A stretch of 41,719 nucleotides of DNA, from IMG/VR virus record IMGVR_UViG_3300023174_000315, positions 1 through 41,719 of that record. The stretch is one strand, 5' to 3'. Each line of letters opens with the position of its first letter. Positions within the stretch are counted from its first letter, which is position 1. The translations under genes were made by a program, and so were the position numbers. Source of the stretch: a virus (Duplodnaviria; Caudoviricetes). Below are positions 17,201-25,767 of the stretch, in pieces. The notes beneath the pieces are model-generated. The model was given only the letters and a program-made list of their open reading frames with translations, did no database searches and was not told where the DNA came from.

Positions 17201-19740
17201 ATAATTTTACATCTTTAAATTGGAACGAAAGATCTTTACTTAACCAAAATGGAGCACCAGTTTTATACTGGGCAGGCGATAATATCGGCATTGGCACAAA
17301 TAATCCTACTGAAAAATTACAAGTTGATGGAAATTTAAGAATAAATAATGGAGATTTATATATATATGATTCACCAAACGGTGCAGATAATAGAATGGTT
17401 TGGCAAGATGGTGAATTACGATTTGAAAATCAATACATTAATGATTACAGAAACGTAGCATTTTTATTTAATCAGGGACCATTAGGAGAAACTTCATTAT
17501 CTACTTATAATGCTGGAGATGTAAGTACTACTACATTATATATACCAAGTGGCAGACAAGGTTATATTGCTGTAAATTCAGACTTAGTAGCTACTGGTTC
17601 TATTTTAAATAATAAAATAAATACTTTAAGTGGTTCATTACCAAGCAAAATTGTTTATACTACTGGTAATCAAACTATCTCTGGAGTTAAAAATTTTACT
17701 AATAATTTAGTAATCCAAGATAATATTTTATTTAGTTCTCAAGCAAGTGGATATCTCACAGGCATAGGATACTCTGGAAATTATGATGGCGGATATTTTC
17801 TTGGAAGAACAAAGCTCTCTCAAAATACTAGCAGATTAGTTGATAGCAGTTTTGGAAATACTTGGGTTGCTAAACAAGGTAATAGAATTTGGCGCAGCAT
17901 ATCAATTAGCAGCGATGGAAAATATCAAAGTGCAGTCGTTTATAATGGACAAATTTATATTTCCTCAGACTATGGCAACACTTGGGTTGCTAAAGAAAGT
18001 AATAGAACTTGGTTCGGTATTTCAATTAGCAGCGATGGAAAATATCAAAGTGCGGTTGCTGACGCTGGACAAATTTATGTATCCTCAAACTATGGCAACA
18101 CTTGGGTTGCTCAAGAAAGTAATAGGTCTTGGCGCAGCATATCAATTAGCAGCGATGGAAAATATCAAAGTGCAGTCGTTTATAATGGACAAATTTATGT
18201 ATCCTCAGACTATGGAAACACTTGGGCTGCTAAAGAAAATAGTAAACCATGGCGCAGCATATCAATTAGCAGCGATGGAAAATATCAAAGTGCGGTTGGT
18301 AATGGTCAACAAATTTATGTATCCTTAGATTATGGCAAGACTTGGGTTGCTAAAGAAAGTAATAGGACTTGGTATTGTATTTCAATCAGCAGCGATGGAA
18401 AATATCAAAGTGCAGTCTTTTATGGTGGACAAATTTATGTATCCTCAGACTATGGTAACACTTGGGTTGCTAAAGAAAGTAATAGGGATTGGCGTGGTAT
18501 TTCAATCAGCAGCGATGGAAAATATCAAAGTGCGGTTGCTGATAATCAACAAATTTATGTATCCTCAGACTATGGTAACACTTGGGCTGCTAAACAAAGT
18601 AGTAGAGGATGGCTCAGCATATCAATTAGCAGCGATGGAAAATATCAAACTACGGTTGTTGATGGTGGGCAAATTTACACTTCTAAAACAGACGAATTGA
18701 TAGATGGAAATCTTTATGTTGATAATTTTTATGGTAATAATTTAGTATACAATACTGGAGATCAAAATATTAGCGGAACTAAAAATTTCTATACTCGTCC
18801 AACTGTAAATGGTACAGGAGTACTTTTAAGTGGTGAAGCTTCTGCTATAACTCTACCAAACACAATTGTTTATACAACTGGAAATCAAACTATATCTGGA
18901 GTTAAAACTTTTGCTAATACAATTGTGGCTGGAAATATTTCTGGACTTTCTGGAGTTGGATTAAATATATTAGCCAGTAATGCAGTATCTAATGGATCTT
19001 TTGGAGATTCAATAAATATTCAAGCTGCATATGGAAGTACAATTGGAGGAAGTATAGGATTAATCGCAGGAAATGCTTTTGGTGTAGGTGGATCAATAAA
19101 TATTAGAGCAGGAAAAACTCAAGATTTTAAAGGATTAATTACTTTAGATGGTAATCTAGACATAAATCCATATTTTGGCAACCCTGGAAATCCTCAACTT
19201 CGAAGCACAATTAATATTTATAAAACAGGAATATATGGCTCTACCCCAGCCATATTATCTATTGATCAATCTAATGCACGAATGACATTAGCGAATGGAA
19301 TTAGCATTGACGGTTTAATTTCTGGAAATACTTTAACTGGAGTTTTTAAGACAGTTAATGCTAATAATTTAGTTTATAATATAGACAATCAAACTATTTC
19401 TGGTATTAAGGCTTTTGCTTCTCGTCCAACAGTTAATGGCACTGGAGTTTTGTTGAGTGGAGAAGCAGGAGCTTCATTAATAACAATTCAAGATGAAGGA
19501 TCTTCTCAAGGCTCTGTTTCTACATTAAATTTCGTTGGAGCTGGAGTATCTGCTTCTGTTGCTGGATTAACAGCTACAATTACAATAAATGGTGGTAGTG
19601 GTGCTGGAATATCTTTTGTATCTCCTCCAGCTACTCCATATAGCATTGGAATATCTGGTCAAATGGCACTAGATCAAAATTACGCATATTATTGTATATC
19701 TAATAATAATTGGCGTAGATCAGCAATCAGTACTTGGTAA
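14242..19740 (+). CDS. Giant modular tail/head fibre adhesin (1832 aa)
   Basis: Short collagen stretch GPPGPAGPPGPAG; about 10 G[DN]QTISGxKxF linkers; Gly-rich GGSINTS region; NIGIGTNNPTEKLQVDG repeat; 7 Asp-box propeller blades; C-terminal YYCISNNNWRR motif. Confidence 0.8.
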   Translation: MPDYNVQVIVPGAQSTTVELPGIAGPPGPAGPPGPAGLFNTGLFDVRYLTVTGNQTVSGLKYFIQDNIIYTDNPLTDPYTSLIIDYSYINNLILKPVPEYRPVVSPNPNYLYTGTNIVSESQMYFDTGASRWKFYYGGLNPIHLVAQSPIIKAGDPITFAAQLPMNGWTSSAGSALLDFKLHYTTLHKSSHQIGGKDYLDPDTINAVAKTGNQTISGLKNFITRPTVNGTGILLSGEAAGLPNTLVYTTGNQTISGSKTFASPIYFISSGSYIDLRSNGGNGGSIIMIGNSGEDGLCPSNAGSINLSAGVGGNGGSINLQGSQNADNCYKSSGGSIDLSAGYADNSPGGSIISVGGNTYAGGTLNMSAGSSAGGSINTTNGGGSINTAGNVDSFGGSINTSAGIGAGTDGGSIRLSGSEGDNNHGGSIDLSAGGEEANCFGGSIISTGGGGDDNHHGGTLNMSGGDHGAGGSINTSNNGGSIDISGGSHYTAIGGSIDLRGGDDDGETGGSIIANAIGVDNRSAGSLNMSAGGNGNGGSISTQGGVDGDGGSINTSNAGGSINTSGGGSINTSGGGSINTSNGGGSIDLSQDGGGSINMRGFTFGGGKGLAGSINTSANDDDADGGSINTSGGLTEGTDGGSINTSGGVDGAGGSIDLSENGGANFSIQSAEFLPIQSDGSIYNKINDRLYIRKNGVWEEVITNQGDQTINGLKTFTNNINVLGTGILDGLDLNNVDNLLISGIDLYIENGNVSLTNTPTVRGNPVLTGVDLTQYATISNLNLTGSNLNNKINTLSGVSVLTYGNQGIYGNKTFYDNIFINNLTVTGTQTIANTTNTNIASNYLLLNITGGAIAGGVFFITGVEGSGLGPIIGYDLNNNKFKIGTGSRNGGLTTLDNIATENFVNTNAVLISGNQSINGNKSFYEDVLLSGTNNRIGKNHYINTDSDFVFIRYADGNILLSTEELNFRSTNGNESLNWEGRALTDENNFTSLNWNERSLLNQNGAPVLYWAGDNIGIGTNNPTEKLQVDGNLRINNGDLYIYDSPNGADNRMVWQDGELRFENQYINDYRNVAFLFNQGPLGETSLSTYNAGDVSTTTLYIPSGRQGYIAVNSDLVATGSILNNKINTLSGSLPSKIVYTTGNQTISGVKNFTNNLVIQDNILFSSQASGYLTGIGYSGNYDGGYFLGRTKLSQNTSRLVDSSFGNTWVAKQGNRIWRSISISSDGKYQSAVVYNGQIYISSDYGNTWVAKESNRTWFGISISSDGKYQSAVADAGQIYVSSNYGNTWVAQESNRSWRSISISSDGKYQSAVVYNGQIYVSSDYGNTWAAKENSKPWRSISISSDGKYQSAVGNGQQIYVSLDYGKTWVAKESNRTWYCISISSDGKYQSAVFYGGQIYVSSDYGNTWVAKESNRDWRGISISSDGKYQSAVADNQQIYVSSDYGNTWAAKQSSRGWLSISISSDGKYQTTVVDGGQIYTSKTDELIDGNLYVDNFYGNNLVYNTGDQNISGTKNFYTRPTVNGTGVLLSGEASAITLPNTIVYTTGNQTISGVKTFANTIVAGNISGLSGVGLNILASNAVSNGSFGDSINIQAAYGSTIGGSIGLIAGNAFGVGGSINIRAGKTQDFKGLITLDGNLDINPYFGNPGNPQLRSTINIYKTGIYGSTPAILSIDQSNARMTLANGISIDGLISGNTLTGVFKTVNANNLVYNIDNQTISGIKAFASRPTVNGTGVLLSGEAGASLITIQDEGSSQGSVSTLNFVGAGVSASVAGLTATITINGGSGAGISFVSPPATPYSIGISGQMALDQNYAYYCISNNNWRRSAISTW
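15073..16230 (+). repeat. Degenerate Gly-rich GGSI[ND][TL]S repeat region
   Basis: Dozens of GGSIxxS units with acidic spacers; DNA is synonymously diverged and more GC-rich than the flanks. Confidence 0.85.
17851..18690 (+). repeat. Seven tandem 120-bp repeats encoding a 7-bladed Asp-box (BNR) beta-propeller
   Basis: Units start at 17851 + n*120; invariant core agcagcgatggaaaatatcaaa; the protein carries SSDYGNTW Asp-boxes. Confidence 0.95.
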
Positions 19741-19769
19741 TATTATTTATAAATAGTACATAACATATA

Positions 19770-19775
19770 GTGTAA
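19770..19775 (+). promoter_or_regulatory. GTGTAA putative late promoter motif
   Basis: 14 nt before ATG 19784. Confidence 0.6.
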
Positions 19776-19783
19776 TATATTAT

Positions 19784-20281
19784 ATGACTAATAATATCGT
19801 TGGAATTGCTCAAGAAATATACGAAGAAATTGGTGAAGCTAGTGGTTTTAGCATATCTGCAATTACTCAATGGCTTAGAAGAAATATCGGTGGACTAAAT
19901 ACTAATTTAAATCAAAATTTTGAGGTAGATGGTGCTACATTTGAAATTACTCCAGCTTTATCTGATATAGAAAAATACATATTTAAAAAAATGTATTTCA
20001 TATATTATTTTGACGTTCAAATAAAAACGACTGGTTCTACATCAGATTTTATGTCTGTTCGTGATGATTATGGAACAGTAACAAGATCAAGTAAAAATGA
20101 ATTATTAAGAAATTATGTCAGTATACGAAAATTAGAATATGATGAATTAAAACAACTCATTGCTCAATATAGAAACAATAATAGCACACCAATTCAAGTC
20201 GCAGGAGATGATACTGTTCCAGGATTTTATGATCCAAGAACAATAGGAAATACTAGATCTAGACAATTTTTTGGTTTTTAA
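19784..20281 (+). CDS. Putative head-tail adaptor (neck) protein
   Basis: Helical 165-aa protein, first of four genes before the tail tube; call rests on synteny. Confidence 0.5.
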   Translation: MTNNIVGIAQEIYEEIGEASGFSISAITQWLRRNIGGLNTNLNQNFEVDGATFEITPALSDIEKYIFKKMYFIYYFDVQIKTTGSTSDFMSVRDDYGTVTRSSKNELLRNYVSIRKLEYDELKQLIAQYRNNNSTPIQVAGDDTVPGFYDPRTIGNTRSRQFFGF

Positions 20282-20284
20282 TTT

Positions 20285-20725
20285 ATGAGTTTTATAGATG
20301 CTAAAACAGCAGCAAGTTTTTCTGCAGAAATGGATAGTTATTTTGACTATTTTTCTAGAGAATTTATTGTTTATAAAGATCCAATTAGAGTTTTAGTTCA
20401 ACCAGAAAGTCCTAATTTATATGGATACGGATCAAGTTCTAATGCAGAAAATTATACATATATTCCTATAACAGGAATATTCATGGGAAGAGTTCAATAT
20501 AATAGAGGACAAGATACTGATGCTGTAAATTCTGATTTAAAGATCGTTTTCGCTAGAGGAGATGTTACTTTAACAGTAAAGCAACCTGCTAGAGATTTTA
20601 TTAATAATGGTAAAACTATAAAAGTTGAAGCAGATGGAAAAACTTTTAATGTCATTTCAGAAGATCTTTTAAGAAGATACTTGAACAATACTTACTATGT
20701 TTATAGATTGGAGCAAACAAAGTAA
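20285..20725 (+). CDS. Putative head-closure (stopper) protein
   Basis: Beta-rich, with a VEADGKTFNVIS pattern typical of stoppers; synteny. Confidence 0.5.
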   Translation: MSFIDAKTAASFSAEMDSYFDYFSREFIVYKDPIRVLVQPESPNLYGYGSSSNAENYTYIPITGIFMGRVQYNRGQDTDAVNSDLKIVFARGDVTLTVKQPARDFINNGKTIKVEADGKTFNVISEDLLRRYLNNTYYVYRLEQTK

Positions 20726-21312
20726 TGCCTGTTAAATTAAATTTAGAGGTACTAAGAGAATCTGTTATTGATTCTAGTTTAGAGGCTATTCAAAAAGAAG
20801 CTAAGGCAGAAGCTCAAGCTATTTTATTAGAAAAAGTCAATGAGTATATTACTAACATAGAAAATCATCCAATTTCTGAAGAATTAAACGCTGGACCAGA
20901 AGCAGATAATACAAGCAATACATTAAATGGAGAAGCTAATCTTTTTGCATTTATTGGATTTAATGAAACTGATACTCCAATTGAAGATTTAAAATCTTTG
21001 GTAAGAGAATATACATTTTTATCTAATGGAAAAATGAAAAAGAAAGAAAGTTCTATTGTTTTTGAATTAAATACTCCTTCTTTAGAAGATTTACAAACAT
21101 CAACTAAAATGCCATTTGAATCTGGACTAAGTTGGCTTAAAGGTATAGAGTCTGGAATTTCTGGATTTGGTTATTATTTATTTGGTATTTTCAATAATAG
21201 TAGATCTGGAAGAGGTATTCAGTCTAAAAATAAAGTTAGAAAAGCTTACTATAAACCAGTAAAATATTTTTCAGAACTAAGGTCAATTTTTTTAAAAGGA
21301 TTCAATAAATGA
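20725..21312 (+). CDS. Putative neck/tail completion protein
   Basis: Coupled to both neighbours by stop/start overlaps; synteny. Confidence 0.45.
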   Translation: MPVKLNLEVLRESVIDSSLEAIQKEAKAEAQAILLEKVNEYITNIENHPISEELNAGPEADNTSNTLNGEANLFAFIGFNETDTPIEDLKSLVREYTFLSNGKMKKKESSIVFELNTPSLEDLQTSTKMPFESGLSWLKGIESGISGFGYYLFGIFNNSRSGRGIQSKNKVRKAYYKPVKYFSELRSIFLKGFNK

Positions 21313-22172
21313 TAGCGCAATTTGATAATATTGTAATGACTAGCATGTTATTTTGGTTGGATAACAAAGTAATGACTAAAGGTATAGCTTATACTAATTA
21401 TCAAAGCGTATTTTATCCACTTCCAAATATGATATATGGATATTATACATATGGCGCACCATTTAAACAAATGGTAATAGATTGTTCTATTCCTGGCGCT
21501 AATGTTATAAGTGGAGTATATGTTAACGGTACATTTACTCAAGTTGGAGAGAATAATTTAAGTGGAATTAATGCTGCAGATGGTCAATTATATTTTAGTA
21601 CACCAATAAGTAATCCCACAAAAGTTTTAAGTGGAAACTATGCTGTTAAAGATTTTAATATGTATTTAACTAGTAAAAGTGAAGAAAGCTTATTATTTGA
21701 AACTTTATATCAAATTAATCCTAAAACATATCAAAATCCTACTGGACTTCCAATCGGAGCAGAAACTTATCCTGTTATATATTTAAAATATCAAGGGGGC
21801 CAAAATAAGCCATTAGCATTTGGAGGAATGGATTCAACAATTTCTAATGTGAGAGCAGTAATATTAGCTGATACCGTATTTAACCTAGATGCCGTAACTA
21901 GCATAATGCGTGATACAAGCCGACAATTAGTACCATTAATATATCAAAATGAGATGCCATTTAATGCTTTAAATACAGTAACTGGCGATTGTTTTAATTA
22001 TCTTGAATTAACTGCAAATAAAGGTGCGGATTATGATTATTTATATGTAAATCAAGTTAATGTAACCAAAACAGACACTAGATTATTAAATGCTACTAAT
22101 AGTTTAAATCGTAATGTATATTCAGCTTTTGTTGATTTTGAGTTAATACAAAATAGATACCCAAGACAATAA
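21309..22172 (+). CDS. Putative tail terminator protein
   Basis: YPVIYL motif; immediately upstream of the tail tube gene. Confidence 0.5.
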   Translation: MIAQFDNIVMTSMLFWLDNKVMTKGIAYTNYQSVFYPLPNMIYGYYTYGAPFKQMVIDCSIPGANVISGVYVNGTFTQVGENNLSGINAADGQLYFSTPISNPTKVLSGNYAVKDFNMYLTSKSEESLLFETLYQINPKTYQNPTGLPIGAETYPVIYLKYQGGQNKPLAFGGMDSTISNVRAVILADTVFNLDAVTSIMRDTSRQLVPLIYQNEMPFNALNTVTGDCFNYLELTANKGADYDYLYVNQVNVTKTDTRLLNATNSLNRNVYSAFVDFELIQNRYPRQ

Positions 22173-22197
22173 ATATTGTTCTCAAAGACGAAAAACA

Positions 22198-22203
22198 GTG
22201 TAA
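22198..22203 (+). promoter_or_regulatory. GTGTAA putative late promoter motif
   Basis: 30 nt before ATG 22228, with AGGAG in between. Confidence 0.6.
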
Positions 22204-22227
22204 TAAATAGAGAAATAGGAGAAAAAT

Positions 22228-23358
22228 ATGCCAAGAAATCGTATTATTTATCAATCTGAAGCAGTTTATGCAGGACCAAGTCCAGCAACTGGATATCATT
22301 TTACAAATAGATTTGGACTTCCAGACAATACTGGAGTTTCAAACGTAAAACAATTACAAAGAGTTCAAACAGCCAATTATAGCTTTAACGTAGATCGTAC
22401 TGACGTTAATCAATTTGGTCAATTAGCAGCTATTGATCGTGTTATCTTAACATCACCAACAGTTTCTATGGATATGAGCTACATCCTAGCAAATCTTGCT
22501 AATGAAAACGTTTTGGGTTTGTATGTACAATCTGGTACACAACCAGAAATTACAGCAATCTCTGGAATTCTAACTAAAGTAACTGACGAAAAGAATTACT
22601 TTATCAAAACAACCACTGAAGGTACAGATGCAGTTAATAACTTTGCAACTGGTACTGAAATTGGCGTTATTGGTATTGGAAATGGATTTATATCTTCTTA
22701 TTCTAGTGAAGCTTCAGTAGGAAACTTCCCAACAGTTTCTGTTAATGTAGAAGGTTTAAATATGGCATTCCAACAAGGAACAACTGGAAATTATATTCCA
22801 GCAATTTTACCTGCAGACGGAAGTGAATTAACTGGTACCCTTTATGCTCTACCACCAGCTGCATCAAGCATAGCATTAAATACATTAGGCGCTTCTGGAA
22901 TTAGTGCACTTCGCCCAGGAGATATTAGTTTAACGCTACCAAGTACAATTGGTGCTACATCAAGTACATTCAATGTTCAAAGTTATACATTGAGCTTTGA
23001 TTTGAGCAGAACTCCAATTGATAGACTTGGAAGTAAATTCTCATTCGCACGAGAAATCGACTTCCCAGTTACAGTTAATCTATCAGTTGATGCACAAGTC
23101 ACTGATCTAACAACTGGAACAGTAGCACAATTAGTACAAGCCGATTCTTCAACATTCTATAATCCAATTATCAGAATTAATAATCCAGGTGTTACTAATC
23201 AAACAGTTGTACAATATAGTCTAAAGAGAGCTAAGTTAGATAGTCAAGAATTTAGTTCTGATATCGGTAGTAATAAATCCGTAACATTAAACTTCAGTTC
23301 ACAAATTGGTGGACCACAAGATAATAATAACGGATTATTCATTAGCGGATTATATTAA
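22228..23358 (+). CDS. Major tail tube protein (internally duplicated fold)
   Basis: Strong RBS, own terminator, S/T/G-rich beta protein between neck genes and tape measure; VQTANYSFNVDRT..FG is echoed by VQSYTLSFDLSRT..LG. Confidence 0.8.
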   Translation: MPRNRIIYQSEAVYAGPSPATGYHFTNRFGLPDNTGVSNVKQLQRVQTANYSFNVDRTDVNQFGQLAAIDRVILTSPTVSMDMSYILANLANENVLGLYVQSGTQPEITAISGILTKVTDEKNYFIKTTTEGTDAVNNFATGTEIGVIGIGNGFISSYSSEASVGNFPTVSVNVEGLNMAFQQGTTGNYIPAILPADGSELTGTLYALPPAASSIALNTLGASGISALRPGDISLTLPSTIGATSSTFNVQSYTLSFDLSRTPIDRLGSKFSFAREIDFPVTVNLSVDAQVTDLTTGTVAQLVQADSSTFYNPIIRINNPGVTNQTVVQYSLKRAKLDSQEFSSDIGSNKSVTLNFSSQIGGPQDNNNGLFISGLY

Positions 23359-23382
23359 TCTGTTAGTATAGAAAATATACTT

Positions 23383-23413
23383 AAAATAACCCCCCTCGTG
23401 GGGGTTATTTTTT
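23383..23413 (+). terminator. Rho-independent terminator after the tail tube gene
   Basis: aaaataaccccc-ctcgt-gggggttatttt followed by further Ts. Confidence 0.9.
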
Positions 23414-23419
23414 GTGTAT
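23414..23419 (+). promoter_or_regulatory. GTGTAT putative late promoter motif
   Basis: Abuts the terminator; 36 nt before ATG 23450. Confidence 0.55.
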
Positions 23420-23449
23420 ATACTATTAAGGTTGAAGGTTAAAAGGTTT

Positions 23450-23674
23450 ATGGAACAGGATAAAATTAAAGAGTTTGCTTTATTTCAAGTTCGTAGAAAA
23501 ATTACGAATATATACAAGAATTTCTTTTTTATTCTAGAAGATTTACAAGATAATGGATATAATATAAACGATGAGACTTATACAAAAATTCGTAAAAGAA
23601 TACTTGATAATGCGAATGACGCAATAAGAGAAATAGAAGAACAATTTCAAGCTCTAGATATTAAACTAAAATGA
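23450..23674 (+). CDS. Small helical hypothetical protein
   Basis: ATG 23450 follows AAAAGG; the track's GTG start at 23414 is the promoter-like motif. Confidence 0.6.
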   Translation: MEQDKIKEFALFQVRRKITNIYKNFFFILEDLQDNGYNINDETYTKIRKRILDNANDAIREIEEQFQALDIKLK

Positions 23675-23925
23675 AAGTAAATTTCAAAAATAATTTCAAT
23701 CCAGATCAAATTATTATAAGCAATTTAGATCTTCAATCAAACCAAAGATCACTTCAAAAAGAATTTGGAGTATCAACTGTTAAATATTCAGTTGTTACTG
23801 GTCCTCATTTTCTAAAACAATATGATCTTTGGGATAGTGAAAAAAAGAATAAGTTTATCAAAACAATTGGTGGAGTTGTTCATTTTAAAAAAGTAAAGGA
23901 GTTTATAGATAAACTTCCAAGGTAA
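23671..23925 (+). CDS. Small hypothetical protein
   Basis: ATGA/TAA-coupled 84-aa ORF in the operon. Confidence 0.55.
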   Translation: MKVNFKNNFNPDQIIISNLDLQSNQRSLQKEFGVSTVKYSVVTGPHFLKQYDLWDSEKKNKFIKTIGGVVHFKKVKEFIDKLPR

Positions 23926-23942
23926 AAATAAAGGAATAATGT

Positions 23943-24689
23943 ATGAAAAAACTATTTGAATTTAAAATTAATAAAGAAGTAGAAATTGAAGAAATAGAGT
24001 CTTCTACTAATGAAAAAGGTGAAGAAGTAAAGACTATTAAAAAAGTTAAAAAACAAACTCCTCAAAAATTATTCTTAAGGAAACCAAATAGAATAATGTT
24101 TGATGAAGCTGAATTATTTTATGGTGTTAGACTATCAGAAGGAATTAAAGCTGGCTTGCTTACAAAGGCTTTGTTAGCAAAAAGATTTGTTGATGATGGT
24201 GGCGTTTTTAGTGAGAAGGATAAAGAAGAATATGCAACTTCATATATGAAGCTATTTAATCTTCAAAATGATTTTCAAAGATTATCAATTAAAGATGAAT
24301 CAACTAGATCAGAAGATGAAAAAGAAAAGTATAAAAAATTAATCGAAGAGATTAATGACACTAGAAATAAAATTCAAGATTATGAAATGGCCCAAGCTAG
24401 TTTATTTGATCAAACAGCAGAAAATAGAGCTAGAAATAAAACTGTTTTATGGTGGGTTCTCAATTTAAGCTTTCAAGAAGATGAATCTGGAAATGTTAAT
24501 CCAGTATTTGGCGATGGTTCTTTTGAAGAGAAGTTAAAATTCTATGATGCTGCAGAAGAAAAATCAGACCCATTCTTTGAAGAATTGGCTAAGAAATTAG
24601 TTCTTTATACAACATTTTGGTACATGGGTAGAGCTTCCACTCAAGCAGAATTTGAGAAAATACTAGAATCAGAAACTAAGGAAAGTTAA
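23943..24689 (+). CDS. Putative tail assembly chaperone
   Basis: Charged 248-aa protein between tube and tape measure genes; AAAGGA RBS; LFLRKP motif. Confidence 0.5.
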   Translation: MKKLFEFKINKEVEIEEIESSTNEKGEEVKTIKKVKKQTPQKLFLRKPNRIMFDEAELFYGVRLSEGIKAGLLTKALLAKRFVDDGGVFSEKDKEEYATSYMKLFNLQNDFQRLSIKDESTRSEDEKEKYKKLIEEINDTRNKIQDYEMAQASLFDQTAENRARNKTVLWWVLNLSFQEDESGNVNPVFGDGSFEEKLKFYDAAEEKSDPFFEELAKKLVLYTTFWYMGRASTQAEFEKILESETKES

Positions 24690-24694
24690 ATGCC

Positions 24695-25705
24695 TTGGAA
24701 AAGATACCAAAGAATAAATTAAAATTATTTTTTACGGATATTCTTAATGGTTATTCAATCTCTTCTTATAAAGATAAAAAAATATATATAAAGCATCTTA
24801 GTAGTCTTGACGCTGGCGATATAGATATTAAAAAAGATGAGTACTATCAAAAGGCTGTTAAAAATAGACTTCCTACTCAAAAAGAAAAAGAAGAGTATCT
24901 TATAAAAGAAAAGCTTTGGGCAGAAGAAAATGATCAAGAAATAGAAAAGATTAAAAAATACTTAATAAGTTTAAAACAATCTAAATCTAAAGTATTTAAG
25001 CAAACTGATATCGACTTCTTTAAAAATGAAATTAAAAAAGAAGAAATTAAATTGTTTGAATTAAATTTTAAAAAAAGAGAATTAATTGGATACACTGCTG
25101 AAGATTATGCTACTAAAAAAATTAATGAATATTATATGTATATTTCCATATATGATCATTTTAATTTAAATAATCTATTTTTTAAAAATGAAGAGTTCCA
25201 AGAGTTAGAGAATCAAGATATTACTGATTTAGTAAGAACTTATAATAAGATTATATCGAATTTTGCAGATAATAATTTAAAGAATATTGCTTTATCATCA
25301 TATTTCTTGGCATTATTTAATGTATCTAATGATAGTTTATATAATTTATATGGTAAACCTATAGTTCATTTAAGTTTCTATCAAATTGAGACTTTTACAT
25401 ATGCTAGATATTTTAAGAATTTAATATCTTCGGCCAAGCATCAACCTCCAAACGAATACTACGAAGATCCAGAAAAACTTGTCGAATGGATAGAATCTTC
25501 TAAAAATGCAGAAGAAATGATGCAAAAGAGTAATATAGAAAAGAATACAGAAGGTGCAATTGGTACTTCTATTATTGGAGCATCAAAAGAAGACCTTCAA
25601 AAAGCTGGAATAAAAAATGAAAGTGGCATTAGTTTAATGGCCGAAGCTGCTAAAAAGGGTGGAAAGCTTAGTATGCAAGATATGCTTAAATTGCATGGTA
25701 TTTAA
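24695..25705 (+). CDS. Putative second tail assembly chaperone
   Basis: 336 aa, K/E-rich, directly before the tape measure gene; TTG start. Confidence 0.45.
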   Translation: MEKIPKNKLKLFFTDILNGYSISSYKDKKIYIKHLSSLDAGDIDIKKDEYYQKAVKNRLPTQKEKEEYLIKEKLWAEENDQEIEKIKKYLISLKQSKSKVFKQTDIDFFKNEIKKEEIKLFELNFKKRELIGYTAEDYATKKINEYYMYISIYDHFNLNNLFFKNEEFQELENQDITDLVRTYNKIISNFADNNLKNIALSSYFLALFNVSNDSLYNLYGKPIVHLSFYQIETFTYARYFKNLISSAKHQPPNEYYEDPEKLVEWIESSKNAEEMMQKSNIEKNTEGAIGTSIIGASKEDLQKAGIKNESGISLMAEAAKKGGKLSMQDMLKLHGI

Positions 25706-25735
25706 CTTAATATTATTAAAAATATAATAATTTTC

Positions 25736-25741
25736 GTGTAA
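25736..25741 (+). promoter_or_regulatory. GTGTAA putative late promoter motif
   Basis: 32 nt before ATG 25768, with AAGGAG/AAGGA in between. Confidence 0.6.
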
Positions 25742-25767
25742 TATTATTATAGGAAAAGGAGTAAGGA

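Noticed and set aside
17851-18690. CRISPR array or DGR template/variable repeat interpretation of the 120-bp and 69-bp repeats
   Set aside because: The repeats are in-frame coding units without unique spacers, differences are not restricted to adenines, and no cas or reverse transcriptase gene is in the window.
17840-18700. Alternative-frame ORFs 17840..18328 and 18332..18700
   Set aside because: They are shadows of the 120-bp repeat, which lacks stops in that frame, and have no RBS.
24670-24700. Lambda G/GT-type -1 frameshift between the two chaperone-like ORFs
   Set aside because: The second ORF is in the -1 frame, but that frame has TAA at 24677 and AAG GAA AGT is not a correctly phased slippery heptamer.
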